Positions 1 through 9,469 of a stretch of DNA of 64,000 nucleotides are shown one piece after another. The stretch lies in assembly GCF_000007005.1 (NCBI RefSeq), contig NC_002754.1, one strand, 5' to 3'. This stretch comes from Saccharolobus solfataricus P2 (lineage in GTDB: Archaea > Thermoproteota > Thermoprotei_A > Sulfolobales > Sulfolobaceae). The position numbers were made by a program, and so were the translations under genes. Position 1 is the stretch's first letter, and each line of letters starts with the position of its first letter. Below the pieces are notes generated by a model. That model was not told where the DNA came from and searched no databases. It worked only from the letters and a program-made list of their open reading frames with translations.

Positions 1-593
1 TTAATGGGAAACCGATACTTTTAGAGACTAACACTAGGATGATTACTCTGGGTTATGAGTATAAAAGGAGGTCGATAACTAATGGTAGGTCTACTAAGGA
101 TAGGGAGGTTAGGAGAAAGTTGAGGGAGAGGGATAAGAAGCTTGATGTTAGGAGGAAGTTTGCTAAGTTGATTGTTAAGGAGGCTTTTGGGAGTAGGAGT
201 GCTATAGTCTTGGAGGATTTGCCAAGGGGGGTTCCGGAGCATATGGTTAAGGGTGTGAAGGATAAACAGCTTAGGTTGAGGATTTATCGTTCGGCATTTT
301 CTTCAATGAAAAATGCTATTGTTGAGAAGGCTAGGGAGTTTGGTGTTCCCGTAATCTTGGTTGATCCTTCTTATACTTCTTCTATTTGCCCTGTTCACGG
401 GTCGAAGATTATTTATCAGCCCGATGGGGGCTCTGCCCCAAGGGTTGGTGTTTGTGGGAAGGGAGGAGAGAGGTGGCATAGGGATGTTGTTGCGTTATAT
501 AATTTGAGGAAAAGGGCTGGAGATGTGAGCCCCGTGCCGTTGGGCTCTAAGGAGTCTCATGACCCACCTGTCGTGCAGGTGGTTGAGGGCTAA
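1..593 (+). CDS. tnpB: TnpB (IS200/IS605 OrfB, ISC1316-like), 3' part; frame is open from the window edge
   Basis: RuvC-II IVLEDL, VDPSYTS-CPVH zinc ribbon and RuvC-III HRDVVA motifs; no stop between position 3 and the ATG at 39. Confidence 0.85.
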   Translation, partial: NGKPILLETNTRMITLGYEYKRRSITNGRSTKDREVRRKLRERDKKLDVRRKFAKLIVKEAFGSRSAIVLEDLPRGVPEHMVKGVKDKQLRLRIYRSAFSSMKNAIVEKAREFGVPVILVDPSYTSSICPVHGSKIIYQPDGGSAPRVGVCGKGGERWHRDVVALYNLRKRAGDVSPVPLGSKESHDPPVVQVVEG

Positions 594-646
594 GTCCCTA
601 CACTTGATCATGATTAATAAAATGAGTGAAATGAAAGTGTAGGGAC
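594..646 (+). repeat. Right-end hairpin / omegaRNA 3' region of the IS605-type element
   Basis: 12-bp perfect inverted repeat GTCCCTACACTT (594-605) / AAGTGTAGGGAC (635-646) directly after the tnpB stop. Confidence 0.7.
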
Positions 647-697
647 AAACGGTAGGTTACTGATGATCTCACTTAATGCTGCTGTTGTTAGCTCCCA

Positions 698-1090
698 TTA
701 AACCCCTTTTATCAACTCCTCTAATGTAATAGCGTTGGCCTTTCTTATCAACTCACGATTGTTAGATACTAGAGTGAGGCCTAAAGACTCAGCAACGTAT
801 ACGTAAGACGCATCATAATAAGTTAAACCCTTGTCTATAGCGACCTTCATTACCTTATCTAAAGGTGGGTCTTCTACTACGTTAAAGCGCCTAAGTAAAT
901 CGTTAAAAAGCATAGAAAGGGTTATTGGGTCCTTTACCTTCTTGTGTATATAATACTCTTTCCATATCGCGTTTCCTACCTCGTAAAAAGTCAAGGTAAG
1001 TATATAAATTTTCTTGACGTCAATCTTGTCGATGTAGTCTAAAAGTGGGTATAAAGCTGAAGCGTCGAATAAAAACCCGTTACCTTTCAT
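698..1090 (-). CDS. vapC: VapC PIN-domain toxin
   Basis: FLFDASAL, FYEVGNAI, LTYYDASY PIN motifs; 130 aa; start overlaps the upstream gene. Confidence 0.85.
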   Translation of the reverse strand: MKGNGFLFDASALYPLLDYIDKIDVKKIYILTLTFYEVGNAIWKEYYIHKKVKDPITLSMLFNDLLRRFNVVEDPPLDKVMKVAIDKGLTYYDASYVYVAESLGLTLVSNNRELIRKANAITLEELIKGV

Positions 1091-1778
1091 TCCTATTTTC
1101 CCTTATGACTGTTGCCCATTCTTCCTCGTTCACGTCTTTCATAAGTTCCTTAATTTTTAGCGCAGTTTCTCTAAGCCTTTCTTTTTCCTTCTCCTTTATT
1201 GCCTCATCCAAGGCTTTTTCTACAACTTCCCTAATATTATCCTCTCCCTTATCTAGTCTCGAGAGAAGATAAGCTAAGATTCCAATTGCACTTAAAGCTC
1301 CTACACTGACTGTTATTGGCTGCAAAGCTGTTATTGATCTGGGTGGGTTTAAGGTTACAAAGTAGTGCGTCTTTACTTCTTTAATCCATTTCTTAGCACC
1401 GTTGTCAAAGATGTGTAATTTATCATAAACTGTTCTGTAGATTTCAAATACTTCATAAATTGAAGGGATTGTGGGATACGTCAAGTGTTCAAGATAGTCC
1501 CTACTGACTTCAAAATGAGCGTCAATAAAGCCATCATCATATATTCTGACGTGAAGTTCCCAGATGTTGAAAAACTTTGTCGATAAAGAGTATTTCTCAC
1601 CTTTAAACCCTGCACTCTTTAAAGCATTAACTACATCATTAATCTTATTTTTTGGAACAAACAGTCTTAAATTACCTTCCTTTATTACATATTCGTGAGG
1701 TAACGTAACGGAGGTTCCGTCAAAGTAAACTACGTCTCTGGGTAGATATGTTGATATCGAATATTCTACAACCTGCAT
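1080..1778 (-). CDS. Hypothetical protein with a hydrophobic segment fused to a VapB-like C-terminal tail
   Basis: Last ~53 aa (NIREVVEKALDEAIK...EEEWATVIRENRNER) resemble the C-terminus of Sulfolobus VapB antitoxins; overlaps the vapC start. Confidence 0.55.
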   Translation of the reverse strand: MQVVEYSISTYLPRDVVYFDGTSVTLPHEYVIKEGNLRLFVPKNKINDVVNALKSAGFKGEKYSLSTKFFNIWELHVRIYDDGFIDAHFEVSRDYLEHLTYPTIPSIYEVFEIYRTVYDKLHIFDNGAKKWIKEVKTHYFVTLNPPRSITALQPITVSVGALSAIGILAYLLSRLDKGEDNIREVVEKALDEAIKEKEKERLRETALKIKELMKDVNEEEWATVIRENRNER

Positions 1779-1800
1779 AACGTATCCTTAATAATATAAT

Positions 1801-1844
1801 TACGCAAAGTATTTAAACTTCATAGTTTGTCGAAAACTGTCGGC
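1801..1844 (-). mobile_element. Isolated IS607-type left end containing a TTTAAATA box
   Basis: Near-identical to the left ends at about 34915-34961 and 38122-38172. Confidence 0.7.
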
Positions 1845-1845
1845 A

Positions 1846-2170
1846 TCCCTCATCTGGTGGGCAGTCGGGTGGTCCAGAGAACCACCCTTGTTTAAATTCG
1901 TGATAGCAACGACGTCACGATCAAACGAGGGGCAGCGAAAAGCAATCTCAACCATCTTCTTACCACACTTTGGACAAGAGACGGAAGAGTACCTATGGAT
2001 TAACATATTTAACAATCATTCCGTGCTTCTTAGCCTGCCATTCTATCCAATACTGAATACGACGATATTGCATCAAATAGAGTTTATCGTGAAACTCAGC
2101 TGGCAGTTTATTAACGTTCTTAATGAGGTTCTTCAAGTCCTCCAACTTTATAACGTTGGCACCCAATTTC
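1846..2170 (-). pseudogene. tnpB: Degenerate TnpB (IS607/IS605 OrfB) C-terminal remnant
   Basis: Minus-strand reading [10 protein letters not shown]...[16 protein letters not shown]...[10 protein letters not shown]...[10 protein letters not shown] with frameshifts and stops. Confidence 0.75.
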
Positions 2171-2179
2171 TCAGCAATC

Positions 2180-2374
2180 TCAACAACCCACTTTCCTAGA
2201 GAAGTCTTCCATAATTCGTTTAGCCTTTTGATGAAAAGAACTAATTCTGTGTAGAATCCTTCTAGGATACTTCTTTTGCAAATTCTCAGCTAATGACTTG
2301 AAGTGGTGAGCTAAATTTAACGCCTTTAAAGATTCCTTAGAACCATCAAATCCTACTAATATTCTCTTGAACAT
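2180..2374 (-). pseudogene. Truncated universal stress protein (UspA N-terminus)
   Basis: [19 protein letters not shown] is a typical Usp start; only 64 aa. Confidence 0.6.
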
Positions 2375-2402
2375 TTGACTCTATAACAATCTTCTTATTA
2401 AA

Positions 2403-3878
2403 AAGGAAAAACCTCGCCCCTTCTAGGGGCAGGGTAAAGCTATTTAAACTTCAGCAATAACGAGTAGTTATGGCACCCTCCTCTGGTCAACTCTTAGGGG
2501 ATGAGGAGCGGGAGCCGACTCCTACTCCCGCAATGCCAGAGGAGGGTGTCTACGAAGTTAAATACTCAAATCGAAGAACCAATGTAGTACGTCTTCTTCC
2601 AAATGGTTTTCAAGAAAGAAAGCTGAGGAGGTTAGCTAATCTCTCTGCAAAGCTCTTCAACGAAGTTAACTTCGAAAGGAGGCAACAATTCTTTCACGAA
2701 GGGAAAGTAGACTTTAAGGGAACGTGGAACAAATACTACGAGAAGTACAAGACTATACTGGGTGTTAATGCTCAAGCTGTCCTTCAGAAGAATAATGAAG
2801 CGTGGTCATCCTTCTTCTCCTTGTTAAAACTGAAGAAGGAAAGAAAACTACCACCACACATGAACCGCGTTTCTCCGCCTAGATACTGGAAGGACAGAGA
2901 AGCAGGGAAAAGAAAGCAAATACTAGTTGTTAGACAAGATCGTTACAAGGTAGATGCTGGAAATCACAAGGACTTTAACATGGAGATAGACTTTGTCGGT
3001 AGACTCAAATGGTATGGTAAACAAGGTAGATTAGAAATAATTTTTGACGAGACCAAGAACGCTTGGTATGCTCACATACCAATTGAAGTAGGTGTTGAGG
3101 AAACTGGAAAGAAGAGTAAGCACGTCGTCAAGGGTGAGAGAAAGTCCATCCAGATTTCCAAACCAAAGGGAAACAAAGTAACTTCAATCGATCTAGGCAT
3201 CAACGTAATAGCTAGTGTAGTAGTTAACGACGGAACTTGGTTGTTGTATAAGGGTGTTAGAACAAAGGAGGACTACTTTTACTTCCAAAGAAGGATTTCA
3301 GAAGTGCAATCGTTAGCTGACAGAACCAGAAACATTGGTGAATATGATGCGTACCTAGAATTGTTGAGGGAAAAGAGGAGGTTTTTTAAGAAACTAACTA
3401 GGAGGCTCCCTCATCTCTACCGTAATCTAGCCTCCCACCTTATTGAAACACTCTACGAACTAGGAGTTTCAACAATCTACTTAGGTTATCCATTCAACAT
3501 TGTGCAGGAGAAGGGTAATAAGTTTACAGTGAACATGTGGTCTTATCGTAAGCTAATGGAATCCATAGAATTGAAAGCACAAGAATATGGTATGAAGGTG
3601 TTTGAGGTTGTTGAGTACAATACGTCCAAGTATTGCGCTTATCATGATGTGGAAGTAAAGAGGAACCCAAGAGGTGTTGTCAACCGTCCTTTAGGTCATA
3701 AACTTCACAGCGATTTGAATGGTGCGTTAAACATTCTAAAGAAGGCATTAGGAGTAATCGCCGAAGCCGTGAAAAAACCATTATCCTTCATTGTGGATCA
3801 TAACCGAGTAGCACCCATAAAGGGGTGTAACCCTTAAGACCTCGGGAACCCTCGCCCTTTAGGCGGGGAGGAGGTCAG
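2403..3878 (+). mobile_element. ISC1476 (IS200/IS605 family, tnpB only)
   Basis: Subterminal hairpins CCTCGCCCCTTCTAGGGGCAGGG and CCCTCGCCCTTTAGGCGGGGAGG; ends in TCAG; inferred ends give 1476 bp and removal restores a host reading frame. Confidence 0.85.
2470..3837 (+). CDS. tnpB: TnpB RNA-guided nuclease (rearranged RuvC type)
   Basis: SIDLGIN (RuvC-I), YLGYP, VVEYNTS and HSDLNGALNI motifs; 455 aa. Confidence 0.9.
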   Translation: MAPSSGQLLGDEEREPTPTPAMPEEGVYEVKYSNRRTNVVRLLPNGFQERKLRRLANLSAKLFNEVNFERRQQFFHEGKVDFKGTWNKYYEKYKTILGVNAQAVLQKNNEAWSSFFSLLKLKKERKLPPHMNRVSPPRYWKDREAGKRKQILVVRQDRYKVDAGNHKDFNMEIDFVGRLKWYGKQGRLEIIFDETKNAWYAHIPIEVGVEETGKKSKHVVKGERKSIQISKPKGNKVTSIDLGINVIASVVVNDGTWLLYKGVRTKEDYFYFQRRISEVQSLADRTRNIGEYDAYLELLREKRRFFKKLTRRLPHLYRNLASHLIETLYELGVSTIYLGYPFNIVQEKGNKFTVNMWSYRKLMESIELKAQEYGMKVFEVVEYNTSKYCAYHDVEVKRNPRGVVNRPLGHKLHSDLNGALNILKKALGVIAEAVKKPLSFIVDHNRVAPIKGCNP

Positions 3879-4085
3879 GTTTTGCGGGCTACATGGTTCG
3901 CCGAATTTAGGACTATTAGTATCTACCGAAATTACTATATTAATTTGCACACTGTAATTTTCACCGCTCTTAATTACGTGAATCGGTATAGGGAAAATTC
4001 TAACCTTCAACTCCTCATTCTCTACTCTAGCAATTAAAATTCCCGGTCTAATAGAAATTAATTCATAATCTGCAAGGGCTATCAT
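3879..4085 (-). pseudogene. Hypothetical gene interrupted by ISC1476
   Basis: After ...CSPQN the ORF runs into the IS right end; it continues in frame as [18 protein letters not shown] left of 2402. Confidence 0.6.
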
Positions 4086-4345
4086 TCACTATCGTCCTCG
4101 TAAACTATATCAATTGAAACTATCCTTCCATCTTTATCCCTCCAAATTTGAACGTTTGCATCGTGATACTCTACGTAATAAGGGGAGCCTCCAAAATCTA
4201 TGGAAACGCCATCATTATATTCCTTAATGCTTGGGGTAATCATGTTCGACGAGAAGTTTTGAGAGAAAGTACTATTGAAGCTGAACGAAGTGTTTTCAGC
4301 AGAGGCATTAAATGATGAATGTTGATTAAATAGTTCTTTATACAT
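4082..4345 (-). CDS. Small hypothetical protein, possibly DUF2283-like
   Basis: C-terminal RDKDGRIVSIDI motif; overlaps the next gene by 4 nt. Confidence 0.4.
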   Translation of the reverse strand: MYKELFNQHSSFNASAENTSFSFNSTFSQNFSSNMITPSIKEYNDGVSIDFGGSPYYVEYHDANVQIWRDKDGRIVSIDIVYEDDSE

Positions 4346-4776
4346 GAATCATTATTCTTACCGTGAAGTTAAAATTTTTTATTCTCCTAGTTACGTTCGA
4401 CGCATATGGAGCTGAGGGAACTAGCTTAGGAAACTAACTTTCAATCTAATGTCTTTTCGAACTCCTTTCAAATAGATAAGACATATTTTGAGAGAAGAAT
4501 TACACATCTAAAATAAAAAGGAATATAATACCTTATGTCTTTGCTAAAAATTATTTTCTCCTTAAGAAAACAATAGTACTTCTCTTCGCATAAGCCTGAG
4601 GGTTATGGTGTACTACTAACTCTGAGGAGCATGATAGGGTAATGAAAGAAATGGGTTTTTGATAGGCATATGGCGTCGGCTTACTTAATAGCGTTGAAAG
4701 GATTAGGAATGATAAATGATAACAAATAGCATAATCATGACTCTTCTTTTTGCCACTAGTTTAGGACGTCCATTAG

Positions 4777-5980
4777 TCTGACTTCCTTATATAAAACATA
4801 TTAGTCAGATCTGAGTAATACAGATCTAACTGGGGTGTAGGCCGTTGACTCCCTTGAGCTTAAAGCTCGACGGTGAGCTTGGCCAACCTCCAAATTCAGA
4901 CTGAAATTGGGCAAAAAGCCCGAATAAAACATAAGGGTGAATACACATAAAGGCCCCAGTTGCAGGGATAGATGTATCAAAAGATAAACTAATAGTATAT
5001 TTTCAAGGTAAATTCTACGAGTTTCCTAACGATAAGCAAGGTTTTGAGGAAGTGAAGAAAGTCCTGCCAAGAGGTTGTAAAGTAGGTATTGAGAGTACCG
5101 GAGTTTACCACGTTAACCTTGCCAAGTGCTTGATGAATGAGTATGAGGTGAGGGTTATTAATCCCTTGGTAATCAAGAAGTTCAAGGATTTTAGGGGCGA
5201 GAAGAGTGACAAGAATGATGCTAAAAAACTCGCTGAACTAGTTGTTAATATGTGAGTTTACGTTAAGTGATGCTAGGGAGTTGACGAGTCAATGGGATTT
5301 TATCGTTAAGAGTATTGTTAGGGTTAAGAACAGGTTGAGGAGCGACTTAATCCTCTTGGGTTATAGTGATAGCTTGTCTAGGAAGAATTTGAGTGAAGTA
5401 TTGGAGGGTGGGGATAATATCATCTTGTCTGAGGTTAAGTTTCTTTTGGATGAGTTGGAGAGGCTTGAGGCTAGGAAGAGGGAGGTTGAGAAGAGGCTTG
5501 AGGATGTTGTTCCTAGGGATAGTTTGATCTTTACTATACCGGGTATTGGGAAGACGCTGGGTTTGATAATTTTAGGGTTAGGTGATGTTAGGCGTTTTGA
5601 TGATAAGAGGAAGTTTGTGGCTTATTGTGGTCTTGATCCTGTTGTTGAGTGGGGGGAGTGTTGTGTCGCGAGGTGTCTCAAGGAGGGGTGATGCTGTTTT
5701 GAGGAGGGCTTTCTATCTTGCAGCTTTGACTGCTATCAAGGTTAATCCGGTGATCAAGCGTTTTTATGAGGAGCATAAGGGTAGGTTAAAGGGTAAGAAG
5801 TTGATTGTTGCATGTGCTATGCTGTTATTACTTGGGCTGTGCTGTATTATAATAAGCCATTTAATGCTAACGGGTGATGACGAGGGCTTTTGTTTGCATA
5901 AGTAGTGTGGACTATGCTCAATTTTTGGCTAAAAGTTTTTATACCGGAAGCTCCCCGCCCTAAACGGTAGACCCAAAATC
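4777..5980 (+). mobile_element. IS110-family element (ISC1190/ISC1229-like) with transposase pseudogene
   Basis: Near-copy of 47399-48623; start codon reads ATA and several frameshifts split the ORF; TC dinucleotide at both ends. Confidence 0.9.
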
Positions 5981-5989
5981 ACCTCCTTG

Positions 5990-6960
5990 AAAATAAATCT
6001 ATAGTGTAAATAAGCGTTTCTATTAACTTAAATGGAAAATTCTCTGTGAATAAATCAATTGAGAACAAGAGAATGAGCAATAGTCTAAACTCTTCCCTCC
6101 CCATCATCTCCTTGAATATACAAGGAGTAGAGCACCAACACGAACACCAACACGCGAAAAACAAACTTAGTAGTGAAGGGGAGAAAGGCCTTAATACCCC
6201 AAAATATAGGACCCCTAACCTTATTATACAACCTCAACACTTCCCCCTTAGGCAAGTCTAGGTTAGTAGCCCTAGCAAAGTAAACACGAATTCTCCTCTT
6301 CCTCCCTAGTGTAGACAAGAAGCCTAAACTTAGCCTCATCCCTCCTATGCCTCTTACTATATGTAATCCCCATCTCCTCATAGACCTTCACATCCCCAAC
6401 TGGAACAGCAATCACATGAAATGAATTTGAGCACATCAATAGAAGCCAGCGTCGAGAGTTATTAGCCTTATCTTGAATCCCATAGTAACCACTTGCTCCA
6501 CGAGAAACTATCTCGTCCTTGCTCATTCCATTGAAAGGCTAGGAGGAGTACTTTATCCTTGTTGCGTAGTTCCAAGAGTTTCCCTTCTCAGAACTCCCAA
6601 GCCCTTCCACTGGTTTACCATACCACGTCTATTGATAGGTCTACCTCCTTTACCCCCTTTAATACCTCTATTGATATTTTTCTGCTCTAGGAGTTTCTTA
6701 GTTATCTTTATTCCTTGCTTCTTTACGTAGTTTCTTACTGTCTGTGGTTATGTTATATGCTCTTGACTCTCTATTGAGTTTTTCCATACGCGGAGATGAG
6801 GGTTTTATCTACTTCTTCTCTTTCCCTTGAAGTTAAGCAGGAAAATAATTTATACCCTATTTTTTGAAGGTTATTTTGGTGAGGGAGAGGTCGTGTTATC
6901 ATCTTAGATATTCACGTGGTAATACACCTTCTCCCTCACCTTAAACCTTTCTCCAATTTA
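5990..6960 (-). pseudogene. Degenerate ISH3-family transposase (ISC1200/ISC1359-like)
   Basis: Fragments MITRPLPHQNNLQKIGYKL, VIAVPVGDVKVYEE, YFARATNLDLPK, IKAFLPFT. Confidence 0.75.
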
Positions 6961-7039
6961 TTAAATCTTTTATATTGTTATAAATCCTATTATCTTTATG
7001 AATGATATATTATCCTATCAGAATTATTTTTTGCAAAAA

Positions 7040-7160
7040 GATTTTGGGTCTACCGTTCCAGGGTGGGGGAGCTCTACACTCAAGGAAGTCAACGGCCTAC
7101 ACCCCAGTCAGATCTGTATTACTCAGATCTGACTAATATGTTTTATATAAGGAAGTCAGA
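7040..7160 (-). mobile_element. 121-bp non-autonomous mini-IS110 (left and right ends only)
   Basis: Left end TCTGACTTCC...CAGATCTGAC joined to right end ...GGTAGACCCAAAATC at a shared AGCTC. Confidence 0.85.
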
Positions 7161-7386
7161 ATACCTCAGTTATCGCTTCTTTTAGTAAATTGTCTATATC
7201 TACGTCTTCTAAATCTTTCCTGAATATGCCATAATACTTGTCAACATCTACTACTATAGGCTCTAATATTATTTTAGAATCTTCCACCCTCAATTTTAAT
7301 TTCTTACTTTTAATTAATTCCCTCACTTCTTTAGGTATAGTAATTCTGCCTTTGTCATCAATTGTTAGTATAAACTCCTTACCCAT
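7156..7386 (-). CDS. AbrB/MazE/SpoVT-family antitoxin or regulator; 3' end set by the mini-IS110
   Basis: TIDDKGRITIPKEVRE AbrB motif; stop codon lies inside the element end. Confidence 0.8.
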   Translation of the reverse strand: MGKEFILTIDDKGRITIPKEVRELIKSKKLKLRVEDSKIILEPIVVDVDKYYGIFRKDLEDVDIDNLLKEAITEVF

Positions 7387-7455
7387 AATTATGCATCGAG
7401 TAACCCATAAATATAAATGTTTCTTTAAGCAGTATAGAAAGTGTGTTATCCAAGG

Positions 7456-7974
7456 CTATTTCATCAGTTCCTTCTCAGCAAGATTGTAATGTTCTTCAAT
7501 TTCCTCATCCCAATATTCCTTAAAGAATTCTTTTATAACCTTCATAATTTCCTTAGACAAGTAAATGATGTCATTAATAGCTTCTTCCCTTTCGTAATAG
7601 TCGCTCGCCCCTTTATAAAGCCCATTATAAGCATACCTATGTAATTCTAACGCAACCGAAGTTAGGGAATTTACCTTATATCCAAGTTCTTCAAGCCTCT
7701 GTGAAATTCCTTTTAATCCAGTGGTAGGGGCAAGGAATCCAGACTTATAATACCACTCCTTCTCTTTTTCGTTTCTAGGCATTTTCTCAAGGTTTATGAC
7801 TGTTAATGCACTTATTATTGCCTTCCAAGACTGAAATACTTTATTAGCGGAGTTCCTGCTAAACCCTTCCTTTAGTAATTTTAATCCTAAAGCTAGTTCA
7901 TCTAGGCTTTCTATTATCCTTATCTTTACGTAAGCATCTCTGTGTTTCTCTATGGCGGGTATTTTTGACTCCAT
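7456..7974 (-). CDS. PaREP1-family (HEPN-like) protein
   Basis: ESLDELALGLKLLKEGFSRNSANKVFQSWKA and LHRYAYNG pattern. Confidence 0.75.
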   Translation of the reverse strand: MESKIPAIEKHRDAYVKIRIIESLDELALGLKLLKEGFSRNSANKVFQSWKAIISALTVINLEKMPRNEKEKEWYYKSGFLAPTTGLKGISQRLEELGYKVNSLTSVALELHRYAYNGLYKGASDYYEREEAINDIIYLSKEIMKVIKEFFKEYWDEEIEEHYNLAEKELMK

Positions 7975-8130
7975 TAATCTATCATTAACTACAGAGCTAA
8001 AAAGTTTGAGAAGCCATTAAAATTAGCGTTTTTGCGAAAGAAATTGAGTAATAATTAATTGAATAAAATAATAATTGCCTCTATCTTAATATATTCCATA
8101 GTCTGTCTATAACAGCTAACAAATCTGTAG

Positions 8131-8535
8131 CTATCTTACCACAGGCGGGATTGACTTAGACGCAAACCCTTCGTTCTCAATGACTAAAGGTTTTTCGTTC
8201 TCAACTTCTTTCGGAATTATCTTTGCAATTTTATAATAAGTTTCAACCACGTTATTTAACACTACTGGGTTCTTTACAACATTCATAAAATATTGGCGCA
8301 AAAGTGACGGTAAACCATAATTTTCGAGTTTTGTCACTATCTCTGCTATGTTGCTTAATTTCGCGAAACTGAGTTCACCGGATGGTTTCGTTGGTGGTGT
8401 GGCTAGGAATGTTGGGTTTTCAATACCCGCTTGTTTCGCCAACATTAAGACTTGATTCGGATTGGATAAGTATAGCTCATTAATTTGGTTAACCAGCTCG
8501 CCAACTAGACTTTCACTGTTTTTTTGACCTGTCAT
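8131..8535 (-). CDS. Hypothetical protein in a virus/plasmid-like cassette
   Basis: 134-aa ORF co-oriented with three small neighbours. Confidence 0.55.
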   Translation of the reverse strand: MTGQKNSESLVGELVNQINELYLSNPNQVLMLAKQAGIENPTFLATPPTKPSGELSFAKLSNIAEIVTKLENYGLPSLLRQYFMNVVKNPVVLNNVVETYYKIAKIIPKEVENEKPLVIENEGFASKSIPPVVR

Positions 8536-8578
8536 GTTAGAAACAAAACCGCGAGACTAAAAAAAGAAAATTCGTAAG

Positions 8579-8821
8579 CTAACTTCCTTTCTTTTGGATT
8601 GCAAATGCAATTAAAAGAAACAAAACCGCAAAAATACCGAACGCGAATAGATACAGCACAAAATCCAGGTTAGACAACAAAGAAGGTGAGAGAGGATGGT
8701 GGGCATAAGTGGCGAAAACACCGTTAAGAATGCCGAGTAATAAAAATGCTACTACAATGAGAAAGAGAATTGTGAATATGAATAGAATGACGAAGAACGC
8801 AGAATAGCTAGATTCAGACAT
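8579..8821 (-). CDS. Small two-helix membrane protein
   Basis: Two long hydrophobic stretches in 80 aa. Confidence 0.65.
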   Translation of the reverse strand: MSESSYSAFFVILFIFTILFLIVVAFLLLGILNGVFATYAHHPLSPSLLSNLDFVLYLFAFGIFAVLFLLIAFAIQKKGS

Positions 8822-8869
8822 TTAAAAAAAAATGAGAGAACAAGCAAATAAAAACAAAACAGCTGTGTT

Positions 8870-9121
8870 TTAAGAACCATGCACTTTTTCGCACGCTTCC
8901 ATGAAATCTTTGCCTTCGTCGAGAATATAGTGAATCAGCAACTCATTCTTTTTGATTAGCTCCTTCAGTTCACTTGATGGGACTGAATATCCTGTTGGTG
9001 TTTCGAGTCCTTCATTTCTGAGATAAAAATGTGTCATAGCTAACGTAAAATCGTATGGATCATTTTTGAGAATCTTTGCCTCTTCAAATGCCTGTCTTAA
9101 CTTGGTGCAATCTACTTTCAT
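8870..9121 (-). CDS. Hypothetical protein
   Basis: 83 aa; ATG overlaps the upstream TGA. Confidence 0.6.
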   Translation of the reverse strand: MKVDCTKLRQAFEEAKILKNDPYDFTLAMTHFYLRNEGLETPTGYSVPSSELKELIKKNELLIHYILDEGKDFMEACEKVHGS

Positions 9122-9417
9122 TTCCCCCCCCCCTCTTTAATCTTTTCTCTCAGCTTAAAATAATCTTCAGCAACCTCCAGCGTATGGCTGCGCATGATAT
9201 GGTTAGAGAGTATTCCAAAATTCCTATAGTGGTTGTGGCAATAAGGGCAAAATCCATTCGCAATTAACCAATAATGTTTGCGGAAATACGCGAGTACTAC
9301 CTTATGTGAAACTTTCGTATCGCGGGAATAAGAGAGAATACGTTTAATCTTCAGAACTCTCCTCTGCAGTGGCTGATGAGAAGAAAGTATTAACAAACCG
9401 CTTTCTGCGCTCTGCAT
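9118..9417 (-). CDS. C2H2 zinc-finger protein
   Basis: CPYC-x12-H-x4-H (CPYCHNHYRNFGILSNHIMRSH). Confidence 0.7.
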   Translation of the reverse strand: MQSAESGLLILSSHQPLQRRVLKIKRILSYSRDTKVSHKVVLAYFRKHYWLIANGFCPYCHNHYRNFGILSNHIMRSHTLEVAEDYFKLREKIKEGGGK

Positions 9418-9469
9418 TATTTAAAAAAATCTAATAATGCTTTACAGTTGGACACACTTATTATAATTT

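Noticed and set aside
1888-2199. 103-aa plus-strand ORF
   Set aside because: Opposite strand of a TnpB pseudogene.
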